Shown here: piece after piece, positions 9,950-16,692 of the stretch
How positions within the stretch are numbered: the stretch's first letter is position 1
Layout of the letters: every line of letters starts with the position of its first letter
IMG/VR virus record: IMGVR_UViG_3300027746_000697
Coordinates: 52,632 to 116,631 of that record
Direction: 5' to 3' (one strand)
DNA length: 64,000 bases
Origin: a virus
The notes under the pieces: model-generated
Databases searched by the model: none
What the model saw: the letters and a program-made list of their open reading frames with translations, nothing else
Told to the model about the DNA's origin: nothing
Program-made: the position numbers and the translations under genes

Positions 9950-10110
9950 GGTTTTCGCTCCTTTTGGATTGTTTGTTCGCGGATTTGCTACTGAAAAATC
10001 GATTCGCTCCCGACTTGTTCCTTCAATAATATTTAGCTTTTAAAGCACCAATTCTCTTGCTATACTAAATACAAGGCACTATAATAGTGTTTTAATAGGA
10101 AAATAAGTAA

Positions 10111-10314
10111 ATGGCAACAGGTAAAGTAAAATGGTTTAATGAAACCAAAGGTTTTGGGTTTATTACTCCAGACAACGGCGGTGAGGATTTATTTGCTCAC
10201 TACTCAGCGATTCAGACATCAGGATTCAAAGTTCTGCAAGAGAATCAATCAGTAAGTTTTGACGTAGTACAGGGTCAAAAAGGCTTGCAAGCCGCAAATA
10301 TTCAACCGCAGTAA
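10111..10314 (+). CDS. cspA: Cold shock protein
   Basis: [25 protein letters not shown] motifs. Confidence 0.97.
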   Translation: MATGKVKWFNETKGFGFITPDNGGEDLFAHYSAIQTSGFKVLQENQSVSFDVVQGQKGLQAANIQPQ

Positions 10315-10336
10315 TTAGGATAATACGGAGAGCATC

Positions 10337-10402
10337 ATGGCCCAGAAGAAAAGAACACCAATGGAACGTGCGGCTCGCCGTGCTACCAAAAAGAAACGTT
10401 GA
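10337..10402 (+). CDS. 21-aa basic peptide MAQKKRTPMERAARRATKKKR
   Basis: GGAG SD; fills the gap between csp and tmRNA. Confidence 0.5.
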   Translation: MAQKKRTPMERAARRATKKKR

Positions 10403-10411
10403 TTTAAAAAT

Positions 10412-10805
10412 TGTTGTAATCCCTTCAAAACGAAGGCATGTTGGACGAGGGTTCGATTCCCTCCATCTCCACCAAAAAGGTTTTTAATGGATCAGTGGGA
10501 CGAGTACTTTCCTCCTTTGAATTTATGGAACTATAGCCTACATTGGCAATGGTTCAATGATCCAATAGAAGAAGAAAATCTTTCTGATGGGGATGACCAG
10601 GTTTCGACAGCGTGAGATAGTAGAGACGGCAACACGATAGGCGATGGACGTAATCCAAGCAAAAACCGTAAATGCAAACGCAAATACATTTGAGTATTTC
10701 AAAGTTCCAGCTTCAGTAGCTTTTTCAGCTAATGATGCAGACTTTGCAATGGTAGCCTAAGAAACTACAACTCCGGGGCTGGTTAGCCTTGTAAACCAAT
10801 AACCA
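10412..10805 (+). ncRNA. ssrA: Circularly permuted two-piece tmRNA
   Basis: T-arm plus CATCTCC-A-CCA ending at 10474 precedes GGGGATG..TTCGAC (10589); G3-U70 pair; tag 10674-10760 ANANTFEYFKVPASVAFSANDADFAMVA*; outer ends approximate. Confidence 0.9.
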
Positions 10806-10832
10806 AAAAAGGCACTTTCGAGTGCCTTTTTT
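10806..10832 (+). terminator. Intrinsic terminator after tmRNA
   Basis: AAAAAGGCACT-TTCG-AGTGCCTTTTTT. Confidence 0.85.
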
Positions 10833-10903
10833 CTTGACCTCATGCAATATAGAATATATACTAGTCTTAGTGACTGACGTCATTATATTAAAAGGAATTA
10901 ATT

Positions 10904-11356
10904 ATGAAAAAATTAGCAATCGCATCAATGTTGGCCTTGGCCGCATTTTCAGCAAGTGCTGTAGAAGTTGGCGTTAATGGTAGTTATGATTTTGGCGGTG
11001 CAAATGACCGTCCAGGCGCTGGTATTACCATTGGACAGAAATATAACAAATTTGGAATCACTGCTGGCTTTGATCGTTACACCAAAGGTACTGATCAAAA
11101 CAAGTGGAACCTAATGGGTTCATATGATGTTGCTACTGTGGCTGGTGCTACTGTTGCAGTCAAAGCTGGTGCAATGTATATTGACAACACTGGCAGAGTA
11201 GCAGACGGCTATGCCGCATTGGTTGGTGCTGGCGTAAGCTACCCACTTAGCAAAACTGTTGCCTTAACTGCTGATTATCGTTATCAAGCAGGTCAATCGC
11301 GTGTAAACACATTTGACGGTAGCACTGTTTTATTTGGTGGCAAGTACTCGTTCTAA
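10904..11356 (+). CDS. Outer-membrane beta-barrel protein (OmpA/OmpW-like)
   Basis: Signal peptide, amphipathic strands, C-terminal YSF. Confidence 0.85.
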   Translation: MKKLAIASMLALAAFSASAVEVGVNGSYDFGGANDRPGAGITIGQKYNKFGITAGFDRYTKGTDQNKWNLMGSYDVATVAGATVAVKAGAMYIDNTGRVADGYAALVGAGVSYPLSKTVALTADYRYQAGQSRVNTFDGSTVLFGGKYSF

Positions 11357-11371
11357 TTTAAAAATTAGATT

Positions 11372-11398
11372 AAAAAAGGACCTTCGGGTCCTTTTTTA
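11372..11398 (+). terminator. Intrinsic terminator
   Basis: AAAAAAGGACC-TTCG-GGTCCTTTTTT. Confidence 0.85.
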
Positions 11399-11502
11399 TT
11401 ATTAAAAAAATCAATAAGCATTATAGAAATAATTATTGCAAAAATCTATTGACCCACAGGTGTAATAGGCTATATACTAGTACAAACACACAAGGAGACA
11501 CT

Positions 11503-11952
11503 ATGTCAATAACATTGAAAAATTTGGAGTCAGCACTTGCTGGCGAGTCTATGGCTCACATCAAGTATCGTTACTTTGCAAAGATCGCTCGCGAAGAAGG
11601 CTTCGAGGATGTTGCAAAACATTTTGAGCACACAGCAGATCAAGAAATTCTACACGCATGGGGCCATTTGGAACTGCTAGTCGGTAAGCCAACAACCCGC
11701 GAGTGCTTGGAGAAAGCTATCGAAGGTGAAACATATGAGTTTACTACAATGTATCCAGAGTTTGAACGAAATGCCCGTGCCAGCCACAATCATCAAGTTG
11801 AACAAGAAATGCAAGGACAAATTGTCGAAAGCAAAGAACACGCAGAAGCATTTAAAGCTGTGTTGGCCAAGGCAGAAAAACGTTTTTCGGCTTTGAAGCG
11901 AGTTGAAGAGCGTCATGCCAATGCTTACAAACAAGTTTTGGAGACACTATAA
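11503..11952 (+). CDS. Rubrerythrin family protein
   Basis: NLESALAGES..Y..FA..A..EG, EILHA, EGETYE, ESKEHA; AGGAG SD. Confidence 0.92.
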   Translation: MSITLKNLESALAGESMAHIKYRYFAKIAREEGFEDVAKHFEHTADQEILHAWGHLELLVGKPTTRECLEKAIEGETYEFTTMYPEFERNARASHNHQVEQEMQGQIVESKEHAEAFKAVLAKAEKRFSALKRVEERHANAYKQVLETL

Positions 11953-12086
11953 TGGAACACGTATGTATTGTATGTGGACATGTCCACGATGAAGAGATAG
12001 AAGGCCAATGGGAAACATTGCCTAACGAATTCGTCTGTCCAGAATGCGGTGTAGGTAAAGAAGACTACATAGAAGTATTATTCTAA
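11952..12086 (+). CDS. Rubredoxin
   Basis: MEHVCIVCGHVHDEE..WETLP..FVCPECGVGKEDY; not in the ORF track. Confidence 0.9.
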   Translation: MEHVCIVCGHVHDEEIEGQWETLPNEFVCPECGVGKEDYIEVLF

Positions 12087-12124
12087 ATAAAATGTGTTAA
12101 AAAGGCCATATTACCAATATGGTC

Positions 12125-12153
12125 TTGACACAAAGACTAAATAACTATATAAT
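12125..12153 (+). promoter_or_regulatory. Consensus sigma70 promoter
   Basis: TTGACA-17 bp-TATAAT. Confidence 0.85.
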
Positions 12154-12218
12154 AAGAACATGCACAAGCAACTGCCTGTGTAAGGTGTTGTAGAAATACA
12201 ACAAAGAAAGATTTCAAA

Positions 12219-12299
12219 AGTGGTTGACTATGATGCTGAAAGGCATTATAATCAACCACTGAGTGGTTGACTATGATGCTGAAAGGCATTATAATCAAC
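12219..12299 (+). repeat. 38-bp direct repeat (two copies), each containing a sigma70 promoter
   Basis: AGTGGTTGACTATGATGCTGAAAGGCATTATAATCAAC at 12219 and 12262; TTGACT-17-TATAAT. Confidence 0.85.
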
Positions 12300-12353
12300 A
12301 CAAGACACTAGCATTCCGCTAGTAAATTTTAAGAGAGTAAACGAGAACACAAA

Positions 12354-12503
12354 ATGCAATCTTGCAATAGACATCAACAATTTAATACGATGCCCAAACA
12401 GGTAGGCGTTATAGCCTCTTATTGGTTGTCGATTAATGCGGGAAGTCTATCATCATTAGATCGCACACCAGAGATTCGCAGGGTCCGGGAGACCGTAGTG
12501 TAA
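12354..12503 (+). CDS. Putative attenuator leader peptide (49 aa, all 20 amino acids)
   Basis: MQSCNRHQQFNTMPKQVGVIASYWLSINAGSLSSLDRTPEIRRVRETVV*; 3' end overlaps the antiterminator strand. Confidence 0.65.
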   Translation: MQSCNRHQQFNTMPKQVGVIASYWLSINAGSLSSLDRTPEIRRVRETVV

Positions 12504-12567
12504 AGTAAAACATACACCGCAAACTTCAAGGACCCTAGGATTAAAAACCCTGGGGTTTTTTGTTTTT
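12480..12567 (+). terminator. Attenuator: intrinsic terminator with competing antiterminator
   Basis: Terminator GGACCCTAGG/CCTGGGGTTT plus U-tract; AGGGTCC (12480-86) is complementary to GGACCCT (12530-36). Confidence 0.75.
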
Positions 12568-12839
12568 AGACGCTGAGATTGCCAAGGCAGTCGTTGAAGC
12601 AAAGTGTGGAGATACCAGTAACGAGGACTGGGCTAGGCACTATAAACATCTAGCAAACGGGCGGCCTGTAGGATGAAGCACTTCTTCTAGTGTGAAAAAT
12701 TACAGCGTATTAAAGCATATTCCAAAACTAGAATGTTTAGGGGATAAGGCCACAAGCCGAGTATGCTTTAATACACACTCTTCACCTCCGCTTTGAACGC
12801 GGTTGACATCATAGAGGGAGAGTGTTACAATTAAAGTAT

Positions 12840-12925
12840 GGAGTAGAAGCATCAATGGTGATGCAGTGGACTGTAAATCCGCCGTCGTAATGGCACGCCT
12901 GGTTCGATCCCAGGATACTCCACCA
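12840..12925 (+). tRNA. tRNA-Tyr(GTA)
   Basis: Cloverleaf, loop CTGTAAA, long variable arm, CCA. Confidence 0.92.
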
Positions 12926-12931
12926 AGTTTA

Positions 12932-13006
12932 GGTCTGTTCGTATAGAGGTTATTACTGTGGATTGTCTATCCACTTACGGGGGTTCGATTCCCCCACAGA
13001 CCGCCA
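12932..13006 (+). tRNA. tRNA-Asp(GTC)
   Basis: Loop TTGTCTA, G73, CCA. Confidence 0.9.
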
Positions 13007-13013
13007 ATTTTAT

Positions 13014-13089
13014 TCCGCAGTAGCTCAGTTGGTAGAGTAGATGACTGTTAATCATTTGGTCCCTGGTTCGAGCCCAGGCTGTGGAGCCA
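13014..13089 (+). tRNA. tRNA-Asn(GTT)
   Basis: Loop CTGTTAA, CCA. Confidence 0.95.
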
Positions 13090-13148
13090 ATAAAGTAATC
13101 AAATATACTAGTTTGTCAATAAATATTGAAATATTTAAGGATTAGTGT

Positions 13149-13895
13149 ATGCTTGATTACGAATGGATGTTTTATTTTTATTTAATAATATGGTTTATAT
13201 CTTGCAGTGTTTATGCAATTTACATTCACAGAGCACATGCTCATGGATCAATTACTGTAAGTTCAAACTTTAGTTATTTTGCTAGAACGTGGTTATGGTA
13301 CATAGGATTTTGGTATCCTGGTGATTCTGTTCGTTCATTTGTAGCCGGACATAGAAAGCATCATGCTACTTCTGATACCGTTGATGACCCGCATAGTCCA
13401 TTGTATTATAGCAAACAAGAACTGTTCTTTACACAAAAACCGAGTCCAACTAGTCCAGCGTATTATTTAACACCTGATGAAATTGAAAAATGGGCATCGG
13501 ATGTGCCTATATACACGGATTGGTTAGAACACCAATTTGCAAAATATTCTAACTATAGATATCCAGTTGGCGGAATTTTAGTGTTAATAATGTTTGGAGT
13601 TTGGGGACCAGTTGTTGGGTGTTTCCTGTTATTTTTTATACAGATACTCCTTCGGTCACATAATTATCTAAGTCATACAATAGGTTATCGAAATAGACCA
13701 GCAAAAGGTGCTGATCGTTCTCGAAATATATTTCCAATAGGACTGTTGTTTTTTGGAGAAGAACTTGCGGCAAACCATCATGATGATACCACTAAAGCAA
13801 AATTTTCAGAAAAATGGTGGGAATTTGATCTTACATGGGGAATTATCGTGATTTTGAAATTTTTTGGTCTAGTTAAATTAAACTCTACCAAATAA
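13149..13895 (+). CDS. Fatty acid desaturase (second paralog)
   Basis: HRAHAH, HRKHH, NHH boxes; WWEFDLTW. Confidence 0.88.
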   Translation: MLDYEWMFYFYLIIWFISCSVYAIYIHRAHAHGSITVSSNFSYFARTWLWYIGFWYPGDSVRSFVAGHRKHHATSDTVDDPHSPLYYSKQELFFTQKPSPTSPAYYLTPDEIEKWASDVPIYTDWLEHQFAKYSNYRYPVGGILVLIMFGVWGPVVGCFLLFFIQILLRSHNYLSHTIGYRNRPAKGADRSRNIFPIGLLFFGEELAANHHDDTTKAKFSEKWWEFDLTWGIIVILKFFGLVKLNSTK

Positions 13896-13903
13896 TATAA
13901 TAC

Positions 13904-13979
13904 GGGGGTGTAGCTCATTTGGGAGAGCGCCTGCTTTGCAAGCAGGATGTAGCAAGTTCGATCCTTGTCACCTCCACCA
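13904..13979 (+). tRNA. tRNA-Ala(TGC)
   Basis: Loop TTTGCAA, G3-U70, CCA. Confidence 0.95.
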
Positions 13980-13984
13980 ATTTT

Positions 13985-14058
13985 CCTCTTGTAGTTAAAT
14001 GGTATAACAGTCGGCTGATAACCGGCCATTACAAGTTCGATTCTTGTCGAGAGGACCA
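13985..14058 (+). tRNA. tRNA-Ile(GAT)
   Basis: Loop CTGATAA, CCA. Confidence 0.92.
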
Positions 14059-14063
14059 AGTTT

Positions 14064-14124
14064 AGGATAGCAACAGCAAATTTAAAAACTCTTTTATTGA
14101 AAAAAAGCCAAAAATGCTATCCTG
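14064..14124 (+). ncRNA. CAGCA-stem small RNA, copy 1
   Basis: AGGATAGCA/TGCTATCCT terminal stem, ACAGCAAA, internal CTTTT-ATTGAAA-AAAAG hairpin. Confidence 0.7.
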
Positions 14125-14132
14125 TTTTATAC

Positions 14133-14207
14133 ACTGTCGTCGTCTAGTGGCTAGGACGCTACCCTTTCAAGGTGGAGAAGCGAGATCGATACTCGTCGAC
14201 AGTACCA
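14133..14207 (+). tRNA. tRNA-Glu(TTC)
   Basis: Loop CTTTCAA; atypical T-loop ATCGATA; CCA. Confidence 0.85.
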
Positions 14208-14214
14208 ATTTTAT

Positions 14215-14292
14215 CTCTGTGTAATGTCAATCTGGTAGACGGCCTGATCTGGAGTCATGAGGATGTACGTTCGAATCGTACCATGGAGACCA
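14215..14292 (+). tRNA. tRNA-Pro(TGG), atypical
   Basis: C1-G72, A73; loop TCTGGAG (C33, A37); mismatch in anticodon stem. Confidence 0.65.
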
Positions 14293-14297
14293 ATTTT

Positions 14298-14371
14298 GCC
14301 CTTTTAGTATAATGGTATTACACCTGTTTTGTAATCAGGTTACGGCAGTTCGATTCTGTCATAGGGCACCA
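14298..14371 (+). tRNA. tRNA-Thr(TGT)
   Basis: Loop TTTGTAA, CCA. Confidence 0.88.
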
Positions 14372-14376
14372 AGTTT

Positions 14377-14432
14377 AGGATGCGAACAGCAAATTCAAAA
14401 ATTCAACTTTTAATTGAAAAATAAGCATCCTG
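14377..14432 (+). ncRNA. CAGCA-stem small RNA, copy 2
   Basis: AGGATGC/GCATCCT stem, ACAGCAAA, internal TTCAA-CTTTTAA-TTGAA hairpin. Confidence 0.7.
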
Positions 14433-14451
14433 TTTTATAAAAGGAAATCTA

Positions 14452-14580
14452 ATGGCACACAAGCAACAAGGTATTCTAACACGCAGTCCCCAATGGTGGA
14501 AACATCTTAAGGATTGGAAACGAGTGTTCTGGAAATCAGAACGCCAAGCACAAAAACGAAATATCAACAAAGGAGAATGA
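14452..14580 (+). CDS. 42-aa basic Trp-rich hypothetical peptide
   Basis: AAGGA SD; MAHKQQGILTRSPQWWKHLKDWKRVFWKSERQ.. Confidence 0.6.
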   Translation: MAHKQQGILTRSPQWWKHLKDWKRVFWKSERQAQKRNINKGE

Positions 14581-14662
14581 CATGAAACGTGCTAAACGTT
14601 AGTGTCATCTTTGACCCCGTATGGTCTTAGATGGCACGTAAAAGAAAATATTTACGATCCAT

Positions 14663-14737
14663 CCACGCTAAACTTTAGTGGCGAAGTACCCGGCTCTTAA
14701 CCGGACTAACTGAGTTCGATTCTCAGAGCGTGGACCA
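14663..14737 (+). tRNA. tRNA-Lys(CTT)
   Basis: Loop CTCTTAA, CCA. Confidence 0.85.
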
Positions 14738-14740
14738 TAT

Positions 14741-14815
14741 GGGGGTATAATTCAAAGGCTAGAATAGCCGGCTTTTAACCGGTCTATCAGGGTTCGAGTC
14801 CCTGTGCCCCTACCA
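14741..14815 (+). tRNA. tRNA-Lys(TTT)
   Basis: Loop CTTTTAA, CCA. Confidence 0.92.
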
Positions 14816-14916
14816 TATAAAAACACATTACGGCGTAGGTCCAGAGATAACTTCATACTCGGCCGTAGCAGGATACAGAAGCAGACCTAAACCTGTTGTA
14901 TAGTGTGGTTCTATAT

Positions 14917-14991
14917 GGTAACGTAGCATAACGGTCGTGCACCTCCTTCATACGGAGCAAGGTGTGAGTTCAAATCTCACCGTTACCACCA
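14917..14991 (+). tRNA. tRNA-Met or Ile2 (CAT), elongator type
   Basis: Loop TTCATAC, G1-C72, CCA. Confidence 0.85.
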
Positions 14992-15029
14992 AACACAAAA
15001 ATAAATATTCCACAACAGAGGATATGTGT

Positions 15030-15641
15030 ATGGGTGTACATGGATATTTTTCAACACCAATTTATGATAGTATGCTTGTGGGCGATGAATTAATTGCTGT
15101 ACAAGCGGAGTTGGATCAAGTGGTTGCAGATTTGAAAGCAAAAGATTCATTTCAACATAATGAGTCTTGGTTACCAAACACACATAAATTATCCGACACA
15201 ACTTTTGCGCAGAATTTATTATTAGATTACAACACTAAACATTTTGTAGATGCTTTGAAATTTCATGTTTTTGAATATGTAAAAATTTTAGATGTGCCTA
15301 AAAATAAAGTTGAGCAATTCAGCATTAGACAGTCTTGGATGACCAACACCGGAAAACACGAGTTTGCACATACACACAATCATGGAAGTGTTGATATTGC
15401 AGGCGTGTATTACTACAAAACAAGTGGTAAAGATGGTAATATAAATTTCATGACTCCAGTTTCACAGTTTTCAACATATCTATTAGAACATCTCCCAAAC
15501 AACATATCTTACGAGCCTAAAGTTGGCAAGTTCATTTTGTTTCCAGGTTGGATAGATCACGGCGTTCCTGCAAATTACACAGATGATGAACGCATTAGTA
15601 TTTCGTTTAATATAAATTTTAAACGTCCAGAATTTTCATAA
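15030..15641 (+). CDS. Putative Fe(II)/2OG oxygenase
   Basis: HTHNH..GVYY..LFPGWIDHGV..RISISFN; start reassigned downstream of the tRNA. Confidence 0.85.
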   Translation: MGVHGYFSTPIYDSMLVGDELIAVQAELDQVVADLKAKDSFQHNESWLPNTHKLSDTTFAQNLLLDYNTKHFVDALKFHVFEYVKILDVPKNKVEQFSIRQSWMTNTGKHEFAHTHNHGSVDIAGVYYYKTSGKDGNINFMTPVSQFSTYLLEHLPNNISYEPKVGKFILFPGWIDHGVPANYTDDERISISFNINFKRPEFS

Positions 15642-15643
15642 GA

Positions 15644-15888
15644 TGTTAGTAAAAGACTCAAGGTGTTCGGAAGTTTCGAAAGAGAAGATATAAAAGGTCG
15701 GAAGCCTTTAATATTTGGCAGTTATAAATTGCACTTCAGCCGGGCGGTGGATCAGGGCATACAGTCTGGGAGATCCTCAAAGGCAAATGACGCTCCATGT
15801 TTGCTAGACAAGTAGAGCGCGACTGTATGCCGCGGGTAGCCAAGTTTTCCTTGACAGGGACCAAAACTCTCAGAGTCTTTTACTAACA
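15644..15888 (+). ncRNA. Unclassified structured RNA, about 245 nt
   Basis: 16-bp perfect closing stem TGTTAGTAAAAGACTC/GAGTCTTTTACTAACA; internal GCATACAGTC/GACTGTATGC helix. Confidence 0.6.
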
Positions 15889-15895
15889 CTTTTAT

Positions 15896-15970
15896 GCAGG
15901 ATTAATTCAGTGGTAGAATGTCTCGTTGCCAACGAGAATGTCAGGAGTTCGACCCTCCTATCCTGCTCCA
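15896..15970 (+). tRNA. tRNA-Gly(GCC)
   Basis: Loop TTGCCAA, U73, CCA. Confidence 0.9.
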
Positions 15971-16022
15971 TAATATGGCTCCCAGACTTGTTCACATAGT
16001 GTCCTCTGGGAGTTTTCTTTTT

Positions 16023-16084
16023 AGGATAGCAACAGCAAACATTAAAAATCTTTTCTTGAAAAAAAGCCAAAAAATGCTATCCTG
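16023..16084 (+). ncRNA. CAGCA-stem small RNA, copy 3
   Basis: Near-identical to copy 1; internal CTTTT-CTTGAAA-AAAAG hairpin. Confidence 0.7.
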
Positions 16085-16093
16085 TTTTATTGT

Positions 16094-16169
16094 TGGGGTG
16101 TCGCCTAGTGGCCTAAGGCAACGGTCTTTGAAATCGTCATCATGAGTTCGAATCTCATCTCCCCTGCCA
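16094..16169 (+). tRNA. tRNA-Gln(TTG)
   Basis: Loop CTTTGAA, G73, CCA. Confidence 0.88.
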
Positions 16170-16175
16170 AATTAT

Positions 16176-16251
16176 ATCCCTGTGGTGAAATAGGAAATCA
16201 TCAAACCCTGCGAAGGTTTAGTCTCAGGTTCAACTCCTGATGGGGATGCCA
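16176..16251 (+). tRNA. tRNA-Arg(GCG)
   Basis: Stem AAACC/GGTTT, loop CTGCGAA, CCA. Confidence 0.85.
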
Positions 16252-16257
16252 ATCTAT

Positions 16258-16333
16258 GGTGTCTTTAGTGTAGTGGCCTGCACCCTGCTCTGTGAAAGCG
16301 GTAGTACCGGATCGATACCGGTAAGGCACCCCA
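16258..16333 (+). tRNA. tRNA-His(GTG)
   Basis: G-1/C73, loop CTGTGAA. Confidence 0.9.
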
Positions 16334-16342
16334 ATTTTTAAT

Positions 16343-16434
16343 GCCAGCGAGACTTGACAGTCAGAGAGGTTTTATAAACCTTTTAGCGCCAGATTAGCGT
16401 TCTTGAGAGGGTTTGATTCCCTCCGCTGGTACCA
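16343..16434 (+). tRNA. tRNA-Ile(TAT)-like, atypical (mini D-arm, long variable region)
   Basis: Acceptor GCCAGCG/CGCTGGT-A-CCA, loop TTTATAA. Confidence 0.65.
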
Positions 16435-16436
16435 AT

Positions 16437-16510
16437 GCTCTTATAGTTAAATGGAAGAACGCCTCTTTGGTATGGAGGTAATGAAAGTTCGATTCTTTCT
16501 GAGAGCACCA
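16437..16510 (+). tRNA. tRNA-Thr(GGT)
   Basis: Loop TTGGTAT, CCA. Confidence 0.88.
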
Positions 16511-16515
16511 AACAT

Positions 16516-16591
16516 GCTACTTTAGCTGATGTGGTCATAGCGGCGGTCTGAAGAACCGTTGAAAGAGGTTCGATTCCTCTAGGTAGCACCA
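16516..16591 (+). tRNA. tRNA-Phe(GAA)
   Basis: Loop CTGAAGA, CCA. Confidence 0.9.
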
Positions 16592-16597
16592 CTCAAT

Positions 16598-16674
16598 GCC
16601 CCAGTGGCGCAATTGGTAGACGCGGCTCTCTCAAAAGGAGTGTGTTCCCCGTTCGAGTCGGGGCTGGGGTACCA
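16598..16674 (+). tRNA. tRNA-Leu(CAA), short variable loop
   Basis: Loop CTCAAAA, Leu-type D-loop, A73. Confidence 0.87.
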
Positions 16675-16692
16675 TATTATTAGGAGATTGAT

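Noticed and set aside
1-12100. Interpretation as a bacterial chromosome
   Set aside because: Host-like genes are isolated from their usual operons and mixed with phage-type hypotheticals, a fibre gene and a divergent tRNA array. No capsid or terminase gene lies in the window, so the phage call is inferred.
14215-14292. Reading this tRNA as Gln(CTG)
   Set aside because: The stem register places TGG at positions 34-36, and C1-G72 with A73 are Pro identity elements.
15644-15888. RNase P RNA or group I intron
   Set aside because: I could not find the GAGGAAAGUCC/P4 or the P7 core signatures, so it is kept as unclassified.
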